Shown: positions 1-8,998 of the stretch, in pieces
How the letters are laid out: the number at the start of each line of letters is the position of its first letter
How positions within the stretch are numbered: the stretch's first letter is position 1
Origin: Thermoplasmata archaeon
Lineage (GTDB): Archaea; Thermoplasmatota; E2; UBA202; JdFR-43
NCBI GenBank assembly: GCA_021162815.1
Contig: JAGGXW010000003.1
Location: forward strand, 3,542-67,541
DNA length: 64,000 bases
Direction: 5' to 3'
Translations under genes and position numbers: made by a program
The notes under the pieces: generated by a model
The model's input: the letters and a program-made list of their open reading frames with translations, nothing else
What the model was told of the DNA's origin: nothing
Database searches by the model: none

Positions 1-125
1 TTTATTGATATCGCCTTTGAACCGACAGCCGTTGCCATTGAATTGGCAACATCGTTGGAGCCGATGTTCCATGCCATGTAAAGTCCGGCAAAAATGACTA
101 TCGCTAGTATAGCGAGGGAAATCAT
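1..125 (-). CDS. Inorganic phosphate transporter, PiT family (N-terminal fragment, runs off window start)
   Basis: Reverse strand from the ATG at 125..123 reads MISLAILAIVIFAGLYMAWNIGSNDVANSMATAVGSKAISI. This is the conserved N-terminus (GxNDxAN region) of PiT phosphate permeases. The ORF is truncated by the window edge and absent from the ORF track. Confidence 0.6.
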   Translation of the reverse strand, partial: MISLAILAIVIFAGLYMAWNIGSNDVANSMATAVGSKAISI

Positions 126-173
126 GAAAAGAAATGAGGAAAATGTTAAAATATCTTTCTCACTACATTACCC

Positions 174-1412
174 ATGGATATAACAATCATAGGAGGAGGA
201 TATGTGGGGCTTACCACAGCGGTTGCATTTGCCAGTCTTGGTAACAATGTTAGAATAATAGATGTTGACGAGGAAAAGGTAAGAAAGATAAATGATGGCA
301 TTGCCCCCATATATGAGGAAGGGCTGCAGGAGATGATGAATGAAAACATGCACAGAATAAAGGCAACCTCTTCATATGATGAGATTGATGATGTTGTTTT
401 CATATGCGTTGGCACCCCATCCATGCCGGATGGCTCCATCAATCTTGATTATGTCATGAAGGCTGTTGATATGGTTTCTGATAGAATGGAGAGTGGATTG
501 ATCATAATAAAAAGCACCGTTTTTCCAGGAACGACTGAAAGGTTGCTTTATCCGATGGTAGAGAAGAAGGGCAAGGATATAAGCATGGCGATGAATCCTG
601 AATTTCTGAGAGAGGGAGTGGCACTCCATGATTTTCTCTATCCTGATAGAATTGTCATAGGTGTGATGGATGAAAGAGGGGAAAAGGTGCTTAAAGAACT
701 TTATTCCCCAATAGACGCTCCTGTTCTTGTAACAACTCCAACAACTGCAGAAATGATAAAGTATGCAAGCAACGCATTGCTTGCAACAAAAATAAGCTTT
801 GCCAATGAAGTGGGCAATCTCTCCAAAATGCTCGGAATAGATGTTTACGAGGTTATGAAAGGCGTTACAATGGACCACAGAATCTCTCCCTATTTTCTCA
901 ATGCTGGCGCTGGCTTCGGCGGCTCCTGCTTCCCCAAGGATTTGAGGGCTTTGCGGGAGGGGGCAAAGAAGATGGGATATGAGATGAGGATAGTTAATGC
1001 TGTGCTTGAAGTTAATGAGAGGCAGCCTTTGAAAATGATAGAATTGCTTGAAAAGTATGTTGAGGCGAGGGGAAGCAGCATAGCGGTTCTTGGTTTGGCA
1101 TTCAAGGCGAATACGGATGATATAAGGGAATCGAGGAGCATACCACTGATAAGAGAGCTTCTGAAGAAGGGCGCAAATGTAAAAGCATATGATCCCATGG
1201 CGATGGATAACATGAAGAAGATATTTCCTGAAATTGAGTATTGCAACAGCGTTGATGATGCCCTTAAAGATGCTGATGCCTGCCTCATAATGACTGACTG
1301 GAATGAATTCAAAAACATTGATTTCAGTGGAATGAAAAGAAAGATTGTAATAGAGGGAAGGAGAATTCTTGAGAACAAGGAAGGAATAATATACGAGGGA
1401 ATATGCTGGTGA
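174..1412 (+). CDS. UDP-glucose/GDP-mannose 6-dehydrogenase family (nucleotide-sugar dehydrogenase)
   Basis: 412 aa. N-terminal Rossmann motif IIGGGYVGL, catalytic-Cys motif GAGFGGSCFPKD and a C-terminal UDP-binding domain pattern. Confidence 0.85.
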   Translation: MDITIIGGGYVGLTTAVAFASLGNNVRIIDVDEEKVRKINDGIAPIYEEGLQEMMNENMHRIKATSSYDEIDDVVFICVGTPSMPDGSINLDYVMKAVDMVSDRMESGLIIIKSTVFPGTTERLLYPMVEKKGKDISMAMNPEFLREGVALHDFLYPDRIVIGVMDERGEKVLKELYSPIDAPVLVTTPTTAEMIKYASNALLATKISFANEVGNLSKMLGIDVYEVMKGVTMDHRISPYFLNAGAGFGGSCFPKDLRALREGAKKMGYEMRIVNAVLEVNERQPLKMIELLEKYVEARGSSIAVLGLAFKANTDDIRESRSIPLIRELLKKGANVKAYDPMAMDNMKKIFPEIEYCNSVDDALKDADACLIMTDWNEFKNIDFSGMKRKIVIEGRRILENKEGIIYEGICW

Positions 1413-1452
1413 AATAGGTCAAATTTTTAATTCTCATCTCTCTTTATAAATG

Positions 1453-1525
1453 GGGCCTGTAGCCTAGCGGAGAAGGCGGCAGCCTTCGGAGCTGCAGATC
1501 GAGGGTTCGAATCCCTCCAGGCCCG
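1453..1525 (+). tRNA. tRNA-Arg (anticodon TCG)
   Basis: 73-nt cloverleaf folded by hand. Acceptor GGGCCTG pairs with CAGGCCC and discriminator G. D stem GCCT/AGGC. Anticodon stem GCAGC/GCTGC with loop CTTCGGA (U33, anticodon TCG, G37). T arm GAGGG-TTCGAAT-CCCTC. CCA is not encoded. Confidence 0.75.
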
Positions 1526-1695
1526 TAAAATTCTTAAGATAAGCTTTTGCCAAGACCCTCCGATTTTTGGGGGGTGTTGATTTCTCCTCTTAGGCTTGAG
1601 TTTTAATGGGTCTTCAAGATCTGGATTTTCCACGGCTTTTATACACGAAATTTTAATCTTCAAAAAATTGATATTTATTCAAACTATTTAAATTA

Positions 1696-2238
1696 ATGAT
1701 TAAGAAAATCATTGTTGTTGCTCTTGTATTTTGTATGCTGACTCCCTTAATTTCAACAGCATTCTATGATGATATAAACAATGCTGGTGGGGATGGCATT
1801 CATGCTATGGGTGATATGGAAAATCATAAATGTCTTGTGTTGGGAATAGGGTATTTTATTGATTTAAGTTCTGTTGGGCACAGGATCGTAAATTTCACCC
1901 TTTTTATACTGGAACACTTTATCTATATAACAGATGTGGTTCTCTGGACTGTTTTAGTGATTTATCTCTTCATTTCAAATATTCTCCCTGGAATGAAAAT
2001 ACCTCATCAGAAGTTTATGGTTACTTATTACTCAGCGGGTTATGTATGGGCATATGGAAAAGAGGAGAAATGGATGGTATCCTCTGAAGGGGATGAAGGG
2101 CCATTCGCCATGGGAATGAGAAACTTTACAGGGATATGGTTGCAATTGCCGATAATAATAAACCCCATAAAATATCCTCCAATATGTATGGATGTTTTTG
2201 CAGGATATGCCGATGATATTTATATATGGCGTGAATGA
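1696..2238 (+). CDS. Hypothetical protein with N-terminal signal/TM segment
   Basis: 180-aa ORF directly downstream of the tRNA with a hydrophobic N-terminus. Composition is Ile/Tyr/Asn-rich and I recognise no family. Confidence 0.35.
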   Translation: MIKKIIVVALVFCMLTPLISTAFYDDINNAGGDGIHAMGDMENHKCLVLGIGYFIDLSSVGHRIVNFTLFILEHFIYITDVVLWTVLVIYLFISNILPGMKIPHQKFMVTYYSAGYVWAYGKEEKWMVSSEGDEGPFAMGMRNFTGIWLQLPIIINPIKYPPICMDVFAGYADDIYIWRE

Positions 2239-3623
2239 GTGATGGGTGTAAAAAAGAAATTAAGCTAGGTGTAAAACAGGAATATATTATGTTGCAATTT
2301 CCAATGCTGGAGTTGGATATAAATAAAAAATATCAGAATATCTCAAAAATTTTTTTATCTCATTATGGTTGTATTTCCATGGAAGAAGACGAACCAACTG
2401 GAGCGGACAATGAATTTTCCGATGAATTCTATGGTGACTATGAAGATAAAATTGAAGAGAATCTCCAGATGGAAGGGAAAAAGAAGGAAAGAAAAAGGAG
2501 AATAAGGGAAGTTAATGTTAAAAGCTCATCCCTCACCTTTGTTGCTGGAGTTATGTCCTTGATAGCCTTCTCCATGTTTTTGTATGCATTTCCTTCTGGA
2601 ATTGATGTTGCACCTGTGCATTCCATACTGCATGAGGGAGAGTTCGCATTTTATGGTGCCATTTATGGAAACGGAAACATAGAGCTTTATGGAGAAAACT
2701 GCACATTGTATGTGGAAAATGGAACATTCAATGTTGATGAAGTGAAGATAGTTGGGGTGGCATTATATAATATCTCCTATGCATATTACAACTCAAGCGG
2801 AGCCAGATTTCATGAGATCTTTCTGAAGGGAAATGTTACAATCATGTCCCGTGAAATATATTACTCGGGCTATGTAAATGGAAAAATCAATGGCAACATG
2901 TCAGCAAGATTTGGGGGAGAGATAGAAATGAAGGGTGCAAAATATGTTGACAGTTATGTTTATGAAGAAAAGCCATTTCTCAAAATAGTTCCCGTAGCCA
3001 TGGATAAGATATTCATTCTTGAGGATGGTTATACTGAGATAGAGGGAACGAGCATAAATGCCAGCAAGCTTTATACAAGAGGAGAAGGAAAGTTGATGGG
3101 TGAGGGGCTGAGCATAAAAAGCCATATTGAATTTGTTGATAGTAAATTTTACACCACGGAAAAGTCATTCTATATCATCCCATACAAAATCATATTTATA
3201 TGGATTGCAGCCATAATTATATTCATTGCATCTCTCTTTGTTAAAGGTGGGCAGAGAGATATGGATAAAAAACTTTATGGGACAAGCGTGATTCTGGGCA
3301 TATTTTTCTTTGCCATTTCACTATTTCTCTGGATAAAGCAGGCTGAGGTGATATTTGGAAAAAGCATTGCTTTATCCCTCACCCTTTCAAGCATTGTTAC
3401 GATAACATTCTTCCTGCTCCCATATATAGTTGCAGTTGCCATAATAGGATTTCCCATCAAAACAGCCATAACATCAGCCATGAGCATGCTCGGCATGACC
3501 AATCTTGGCAAGGCAATAGGAAGGCCCGCTGGCTTCATTGCCTCCTTCTGGCTTGGCATTGTGCTGCTTCCGTGCATACTGAACATGATAATTGTTCCTT
3601 TCATAAGGTTGTTTTCGGGTTAA
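2235..3623 (+). CDS. Hypothetical membrane glycoprotein (extracellular Asn/Tyr-rich domain plus C-terminal multi-TM region)
   Basis: 462 aa, overlapping the upstream stop (ATGA). Central region has many N-x-S/T sequons (NCT, NGT, NIS, NSS, NVT, NMS, NAS). The C-terminal ~150 aa forms four or more hydrophobic helices. The real start may lie downstream of the charged N-terminus. Confidence 0.45.
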   Translation: MSDGCKKEIKLGVKQEYIMLQFPMLELDINKKYQNISKIFLSHYGCISMEEDEPTGADNEFSDEFYGDYEDKIEENLQMEGKKKERKRRIREVNVKSSSLTFVAGVMSLIAFSMFLYAFPSGIDVAPVHSILHEGEFAFYGAIYGNGNIELYGENCTLYVENGTFNVDEVKIVGVALYNISYAYYNSSGARFHEIFLKGNVTIMSREIYYSGYVNGKINGNMSARFGGEIEMKGAKYVDSYVYEEKPFLKIVPVAMDKIFILEDGYTEIEGTSINASKLYTRGEGKLMGEGLSIKSHIEFVDSKFYTTEKSFYIIPYKIIFIWIAAIIIFIASLFVKGGQRDMDKKLYGTSVILGIFFFAISLFLWIKQAEVIFGKSIALSLTLSSIVTITFFLLPYIVAVAIIGFPIKTAITSAMSMLGMTNLGKAIGRPAGFIASFWLGIVLLPCILNMIIVPFIRLFSG

Positions 3624-3624
3624 A

Positions 3625-4398
3625 ATGAATCTGCAGCCAGTTTATGGTGAACGAGCTCTTTACTGGAAAGATGAGAATGCCATCATTGTGGCTGATCTGC
3701 ATATCGGAATGGAATTTGAATTTAGAGAGCATGGAATAAACATTCCCTTCCAGACTGACAGGATGGTGGAGAGATGTGAGAGGCTTATAGAGAGCACGGG
3801 GGCAGAGAGGATTATAATACTTGGAGATTTGAAGCATATGATAGCTGGCAAAGAACAGCTCATGGAGGAGAGAAAGCATGTTTCAATTTTTCTCAAAAGG
3901 CTGTCTGAAAAAGTTGAGATAGTGCTTGTAAAGGGAAATCATGATGGGAGCATAAGAAGCAGGAGAATGAAAATATATGGTCCAAGGGGAATAAAGATTG
4001 GAGAGGTTTTCCTCTTTCACGGTCATGCTTGGCCGGGAAAGGAAATTGCTGATGTATCCATTGCCATTGCCTCTCATCTCCATCCCCATGTAAAGATTGT
4101 AAACGAGCTGGGTTATTCGTACATTCAGCCATGCTGGGTGAGAGGAAAAATGAAAAAGGAAATTATGAAAAAGAGATACGGAAGGGAAAAGAAAATGGAA
4201 TTCATAATAATGCCGGCATTCAATGAAATTGCTGGAGGTGTTGCAATAAATGAGAGCATGCCTGAAAAGGTGTTTTCCATGATGGATATGGATAATGCAA
4301 ATGTTTTCTCTCTTGAGGGAATAAATTTTGGAAGGATAAGAAATTTAAGGTATACGCATATTATGCATGGTGAGAAAAATGAAGGTGCTGATAACTGA
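3625..4398 (+). CDS. Calcineurin-like metallophosphoesterase (ICC/COG1407-like)
   Basis: 257 aa with the ordered phosphoesterase motifs ADLHIG ... ILGDLKH ... GNHD ... GHAWP. Confidence 0.6.
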   Translation: MNLQPVYGERALYWKDENAIIVADLHIGMEFEFREHGINIPFQTDRMVERCERLIESTGAERIIILGDLKHMIAGKEQLMEERKHVSIFLKRLSEKVEIVLVKGNHDGSIRSRRMKIYGPRGIKIGEVFLFHGHAWPGKEIADVSIAIASHLHPHVKIVNELGYSYIQPCWVRGKMKKEIMKKRYGREKKMEFIIMPAFNEIAGGVAINESMPEKVFSMMDMDNANVFSLEGINFGRIRNLRYTHIMHGEKNEGADN

Positions 4399-5311
4399 TG
4401 AGGTTGCTGAGGAAGCAATCAATAAGCTTAAAGAAAAGCATGAGGTTGTTTATAAGGAGCTGAGAGGAGAGGAACTTGCCAAGGAAATTCCAGAGTATGA
4501 TGCTTTGATGGTGAGGAGTGGCACAAAGGTGACAGCAGATATAATTGAAAAGGCTGAAAAACTGAAGGTAATAGGAAGAGCAGGCATAGGAGTGGATAAT
4601 ATTGATGTGGAGGCAGCAAGCAGGAAAGGAATATATGTTGTTAACGCTCCATCTGGCTCAACCATAAGTGTTGCAGAACTCGTCATAGGGCATATGCTCT
4701 CTCTTGCCAGACACCTTCCAAAGGCTGATTATACACTGAAGCACGGAGAATGGGCAAAGAAAAAGCTCAAGGGCATAGAGATTTATGGGAAAACCCTTGG
4801 CATAATAGGGCTGGGCAGAATAGGCAGGGCTGTTGCTGAAAGAGCAAAGGCAATGGGAATGAATGTGATAGGCTATGATCCATACATAAAGGAATGCGAG
4901 GTTGCAGAGATGATGCCTTTTGAGGAGGTGTTAAAAAAAGCAGATTTTGTAACAATACATGTTCCTCTGACGGAGGAAACAAGACATATCATCGGAAGCA
5001 GAGAGCTGGAGATGATGAAAAATACAGCGTATCTCATAAATTGTGCGAGAGGAGGAGTCGTTGATGAGAATGCATTGTACGAAGCCCTTGCCAATGGAAA
5101 AATAGCGGGCGCCGCCCTGGATGTTTTTGAAAAGGAACCTCCAGAGGGAAGCAAACTGCTTGAGCTTGGTAACATTGTTGTGTCCCCCCACATTGGTGCA
5201 TCAACCAAGGAAGGGCAGATAAGGGCAGGGGTGATATGCGCGGAGCAGATAATGAAAGTTCTTGATGGAGTGGAGCCAGATTTCTGGGTAAACAGGAACA
5301 TGATGAAATGA
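4367..5311 (+). CDS. D-isomer-specific 2-hydroxyacid dehydrogenase (D-3-phosphoglycerate dehydrogenase-like, no ACT domain)
   Basis: NAD-binding motif GIIGLGRIGRAVAERA and a catalytic-domain pattern with a conserved RGG and a His in the PHIGAST region. The likely true start is the ATG at 4379 (MKVLITDE). Confidence 0.8.
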   Translation: MVRKMKVLITDEVAEEAINKLKEKHEVVYKELRGEELAKEIPEYDALMVRSGTKVTADIIEKAEKLKVIGRAGIGVDNIDVEAASRKGIYVVNAPSGSTISVAELVIGHMLSLARHLPKADYTLKHGEWAKKKLKGIEIYGKTLGIIGLGRIGRAVAERAKAMGMNVIGYDPYIKECEVAEMMPFEEVLKKADFVTIHVPLTEETRHIIGSRELEMMKNTAYLINCARGGVVDENALYEALANGKIAGAALDVFEKEPPEGSKLLELGNIVVSPHIGASTKEGQIRAGVICAEQIMKVLDGVEPDFWVNRNMMK

Positions 5312-6981
5312 AATTTGAGGTAAAGAGCAGGTGCTGCTTTACTAGGAAGGGCATACTCAGCATTTTCGAGAGGGAGGTGGAAACCCCTGCCATATTCTGG
5401 TATGCCTCCAAGAGAATAAAGGCTCCGGAATGGGCCGAGGTGAGGCTTGGAGAGGATATAAAAGCAGGAGGAAGTTTTTTCTATCCTGCAGAAGGAGACA
5501 TGCCCTCTCCATTGATTTATCCTCACTTTTTTCCAGAAGAATTCCATGAATTCATGCTTTCCACTGGTGGCTCAGACACTTTTCAGATTGTGAGCGGGAA
5601 GATAAAGAAAAGGTATGGTGGGGAGAAGATATACATTCTTGCAAATTCAATGGAACTTTACTCCAACCCAAGAAATTTTGTTAATGCCATTGTGAATGTT
5701 AGGAATAGCATAGGCTACTCGCCATTATACGCTCCAGCAATAGCATTGCCATACAATATTCCTGTGCTTGCATACATGGGCATAGATATCTTTGATTCTC
5801 TTGCCACAATAATGATGAGCAGAGAGGGCTATCTCCTTTCATCAGAGCACTTTGTCCCGTCGGAATTGCCTTTCGAGGAAGTGCTGATGCACAATTACAA
5901 AGTCATGGAGGAGGAGCTAAGAAAAACAAGGCATGCCATCCAGCACGGATGGCTCCGCAGCCTGGCGGAAAGCAGGGCGATGCTTTATCCGGAACTTGCT
6001 TCCATGATAAGGCTTTTTGATGAGGAGCATTATGAATTTGCGGAGAAAAGATGGCCGGTGAATGGTGGCCAGATTAAGGCAACATGTATGTCCCTCAATA
6101 GAGCAGATATAAGGAGGTTTAGAGAGCGGGTCATATCAAGGTACAGGAAGCCAGAAAGTGCAAAAATTCTTCTCCTGCTTCCATGTTCTGCCAGAAAGCC
6201 GTATTCTGCGTCAAAGTCCCACAGGTTATTCAGAAAGGTTATCAATGAGTCTGCAAACAAGAATGTGATTCATGAGGTTATTCTTACTTCCCCTCTCGGA
6301 ATAGTTCCAAGAGAGCTTGAGAATTTTTATCCTGCTATGCACTATGATATCTCTGTCACAGGAAAATGGAGTGAGGATGAAAAGAAAATGCTTCTTGACA
6401 TGCTGAATGAGTATCTGAGAATAAATGATTATGATGTGATAATAAACCATCTTCCTCCAGAGATGGATTTTGTGGATATTGGAAGGAGAACAGCCAAGAA
6501 ACATGTCACAAGTGAGGAGAGCCTGAAAATGCTCCAGGATGCTTTGAGAGTGTCGGAGGAATATGAATATGTTCACCATGGAAAGAGAAGATACGACAAT
6601 GCTCATTCCATGCTTCTATTCCAGTTTGGAAAGAGCTTTATTGAAGGATGCAATGTTAAGGGCAGATTCCCGGGTTATAGAATTTTCTGTGATGACAAGC
6701 AAATTGCAGCCTATGTTCAGTCCAGAGGAATGTTTTCATTGACCCTTGCGGGAGCGGATAGAATAAAGGATAGTTACTGGGTTGAAATTGATGACTTCAT
6801 TCCAAAGGGAAGTGTTTTTGCAGCGGGAATAAAGAATGCAAGTGATGAAATAAGGTCTGGAGATGAGGTTGTTGTAATTCACAATGAAGAGATAAGGGCT
6901 GTTGGTGTGGCGGTAATGAATGGCGAGGAGATGGTGAGGAGCAGGAGAGGGGAAGCGATAAAAACAAGACATCACATATAG
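5308..6981 (+). CDS. arcS: Archaeosine synthase ArcS (TGT-like N-domain, PCx3KPY motif, C-terminal PUA domain)
   Basis: 557 aa. The motif LPCSARKPYS matches the ArcS signature PC-x3-KPY. The C-terminal ~80 aa have a PUA-like pattern (VVVIHNEEIRAVGVAVMNGEEM). Start overlaps the upstream stop (ATGA). Confidence 0.7.
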   Translation: MKFEVKSRCCFTRKGILSIFEREVETPAIFWYASKRIKAPEWAEVRLGEDIKAGGSFFYPAEGDMPSPLIYPHFFPEEFHEFMLSTGGSDTFQIVSGKIKKRYGGEKIYILANSMELYSNPRNFVNAIVNVRNSIGYSPLYAPAIALPYNIPVLAYMGIDIFDSLATIMMSREGYLLSSEHFVPSELPFEEVLMHNYKVMEEELRKTRHAIQHGWLRSLAESRAMLYPELASMIRLFDEEHYEFAEKRWPVNGGQIKATCMSLNRADIRRFRERVISRYRKPESAKILLLLPCSARKPYSASKSHRLFRKVINESANKNVIHEVILTSPLGIVPRELENFYPAMHYDISVTGKWSEDEKKMLLDMLNEYLRINDYDVIINHLPPEMDFVDIGRRTAKKHVTSEESLKMLQDALRVSEEYEYVHHGKRRYDNAHSMLLFQFGKSFIEGCNVKGRFPGYRIFCDDKQIAAYVQSRGMFSLTLAGADRIKDSYWVEIDDFIPKGSVFAAGIKNASDEIRSGDEVVVIHNEEIRAVGVAVMNGEEMVRSRRGEAIKTRHHI

Positions 6982-7550
6982 CCGACCATCTCTATTTTTC
7001 CATTATCTATGAGTACATAGTCCCCTCGCCTTCCAACACTGCAGTTTATGACATATGTTTTATTGTAAAGTGTATAACCCGGATTTTCATGAACATGCCC
7101 GCATAGCAGGTATAAAGGCTTTTTTCTTTCAATTAGTTCAAGCAACCACTTATTTCCAATATGCCATCCAAGAAATGATTTGTCCTGCAGCCTGTAAGGA
7201 GGAACATGGGAAACAATGATATCAAACTCAGTCTCCTCAATAGGTATTCTTTCTCCATTCAATGTGAGATATTCCCTTTCAGGATTTTCTCCGCCAAAAC
7301 CGGCAATTTTCATTCCACCGTATTCAAAAATTTCTCCATCTATCATCTTTATTCTTTCAAATTTCAATCTTCCATCCATATTGCCATGCACTGCCAGAAT
7401 TGTGGCATTATCTGGAACAACGCTTTCATCTATGTTTCCTATATCTCCTGCTATTATTGCCAGCTCCGGCTCAAGCTCCTTTATGGCATTAAAAAATTTG
7501 GTGTATCTTTCCCTTCTACCATGAAAATCAGCAGAGCATACTATTTTCAT
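6972..7550 (-). CDS. Metallophosphoesterase (YfcE/MJ0936-like)
   Basis: 192 aa with motifs DFHG ... AGDIGN ... HGNMD ... GHVHE. Confidence 0.7.
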   Translation of the reverse strand: MKIVCSADFHGRRERYTKFFNAIKELEPELAIIAGDIGNIDESVVPDNATILAVHGNMDGRLKFERIKMIDGEIFEYGGMKIAGFGGENPEREYLTLNGERIPIEETEFDIIVSHVPPYRLQDKSFLGWHIGNKWLLELIERKKPLYLLCGHVHENPGYTLYNKTYVINCSVGRRGDYVLIDNGKIEMVGYM

Positions 7551-7768
7551 TTCTGCTGCTTGTATTTCCAGTTTATTGCCCTGTTGAGCTTTATATATAT
7601 CTCTGCTCCCTTATCAATAACCTTTGTTTCCTCAACAACATTTATTGCCTCCTCTGCTAAAATATGAAGTATTTTTCTTATCTCCTCTCTATTCTTATCA
7701 AGCAGTCCATGAAGCTCCTTTATAATCTCATTTAGGTCTTCACCTTCTATTGTTACCTGAATCTTCAT
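7547..7768 (-). CDS. Hypothetical small protein (73 aa), co-oriented with the RHH gene upstream
   Basis: ORF with ATGA start/stop overlap to the downstream phosphoesterase gene. Charged, helical composition and no recognisable family. Confidence 0.4.
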   Translation of the reverse strand: MKIQVTIEGEDLNEIIKELHGLLDKNREEIRKILHILAEEAINVVEETKVIDKGAEIYIKLNRAINWKYKQQK

Positions 7769-7772
7769 GATC

Positions 7773-8018
7773 TTACCTCCTTTTCTTCTTTATTTTTTCA
7801 TCAAGAAGCATCAGAAGCTCCTCTATTTCATCCTCGCTCACATAGCTCTCTCTCTGCTCCATTTTTATCTCAAATAATCTCAGTCTTATTGCCTCCTTGC
7901 ATAATTCAGCGACACTGGTATAACCCAGCTCGGGATTTTTTGTTATAAGCTTTTCAATTTCCTCGTGAAGCTCCTTCGGTATTGAAATGGTGCTGTACTT
8001 GAGTTTCTTCTCTTCCAT
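7773..8018 (-). CDS. Ribbon-helix-helix (CopG/Arc/MetJ-like) DNA-binding protein
   Basis: 81 aa. The N-terminus KYSTISIPKELHEEIEKL fits the RHH beta-strand and first helix. It is a clear paralog of the ORF at 8999..9226. Confidence 0.6.
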   Translation of the reverse strand: MEEKKLKYSTISIPKELHEEIEKLITKNPELGYTSVAELCKEAIRLRLFEIKMEQRESYVSEDEIEELLMLLDEKIKKKRR

Positions 8019-8065
8019 AAAGCCTAATGTATATATTGATATATTTATTTTACTATTGTTTTGAG
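8019..8065. promoter_or_regulatory. Bidirectional AT-rich promoter region with a palindromic TATA-like element between the RHH gene and the AGT-EndoV gene
   Basis: TGTATATATTGATATATTTATTTT lies about 25 to 35 nt upstream of the ATG at 8066, and on the other strand upstream of the ATG at 8018. This fits archaeal TATA spacing for leaderless transcripts. Confidence 0.3.
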
Positions 8066-8968
8066 ATGGGTGTTAATATTCCAGATTTATATGAAGAAAC
8101 TTACATGCTAACAAAGCAGATTCCGAGGGGCGAGGTATCAACCTACGGCGCAATAGCCAGGGCGCTGGGCGATGTGATTGCGGCCCGAGCAGTTGGAAAG
8201 ATGCTGCATGAGAATCCATATAAGGAGGTGCCATGCTATCGTGTCATTCATTCTGATGGCAGGGTTGGAGGCTATGCTGGAGGTGTGGAGAAGAAAATTG
8301 AGATGCTTAAAAGAGATGGAATTGAGATAATAAATGGAAAAATTGATCTGAACAAATACCTGTTTGATGATTTTGTTACGGACATGCCATTAAAGAGGCT
8401 GAGAGAGGAGCAGGTGAGGGTAGCATCCATGGTAAAGCAGGATGGAGAACTGGAATGGAAGATAATAGGGGGGATGGATGTTTCGTACGGCAACTACGCC
8501 CACGGAGCATATGTTGAGATGGACAGTAATGGCAGGATAATAAGAGGTTATACTGTTTCAATGAAGATAAGATTTCCCTATATTCCCACATATCTTGCAT
8601 TCAGAGAGCTTCCCGTTCTGGAGAGGCTGTATGAAAAGGCAGAGGCGGATATAATAATGGTGGATGGAAATGGTATTCTCCATCCCTTAATGGCGGGTCT
8701 TGCAAGCCATTTTGGTGTTGTTATGGATGTGCCAACCATAGGTGTTGCAAAGAAATTACTCCTCGGAGAGATTTTGAATGATAGCATCATATTTAATGGA
8801 AAGGTTGTTGGAAAAAAGGTTGGCAGGGTTTACATCTCTCCAGGACATAAAATTGGTGTTGAAAGTGCGGCAAAAATTGCAAAAAATTTTATGAAATACT
8901 CCATTCCAGAGCCAGTAAGGCAGGCTCACATTCTTGCCAATAAGGAGAGGAGAAAGAGAGAGGGATAA
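8066..8968 (+). CDS. nfi: Bifunctional O6-alkylguanine-DNA alkyltransferase (C-terminal AGT domain) fused to endonuclease V
   Basis: N-terminal ~90 aa show the AGT DNA-binding and active-site pattern (STYGAIARALG ... AARAVGKMLHENP ... VPCYRVI ... GGYAGG). The remainder carries EndoV motifs (GMDVSY, YIPTYLAFRELP, VDGNGILHP, GVAKK). The ORF track starts at 8027, but its first 13 aa read like translated promoter sequence, so the start used here is the ATG at 8066. Confidence 0.8.
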   Translation: MGVNIPDLYEETYMLTKQIPRGEVSTYGAIARALGDVIAARAVGKMLHENPYKEVPCYRVIHSDGRVGGYAGGVEKKIEMLKRDGIEIINGKIDLNKYLFDDFVTDMPLKRLREEQVRVASMVKQDGELEWKIIGGMDVSYGNYAHGAYVEMDSNGRIIRGYTVSMKIRFPYIPTYLAFRELPVLERLYEKAEADIIMVDGNGILHPLMAGLASHFGVVMDVPTIGVAKKLLLGEILNDSIIFNGKVVGKKVGRVYISPGHKIGVESAAKIAKNFMKYSIPEPVRQAHILANKERRKREG

Positions 8969-8980
8969 ATTATATATTTC
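8966..8980 (+). promoter_or_regulatory. TATA-like box upstream of the second RHH gene
   Basis: AAATTATATATTT lies about 20 to 30 nt upstream of the ATG at 8999. Confidence 0.3.
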
Positions 8981-8998
8981 CCTCATGATTTAGTGAGC

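Noticed and set aside
146-1378. Minus-strand ORFs (146..442, 168..353, 372..878, 890..1378) overlapping the UDP-glucose dehydrogenase gene
   Set aside because: These are antisense shadow ORFs with Ser/Leu/Phe-rich, motif-free translations. The + strand ORF has clear family motifs.
1427-1663. 78-aa minus-strand ORF
   Set aside because: It lies directly over the tRNA-Arg gene. Its translation is an artefact of the structured RNA sequence.
8027-8065. N-terminal extension MYILIYLFYYCFE of the AGT-EndoV ORF as given in the track
   Set aside because: It is encoded by the AT-rich TATA-box region itself. The homology starts at MGVNIPDLYEE, so the ATG at 8066 is taken as the start.
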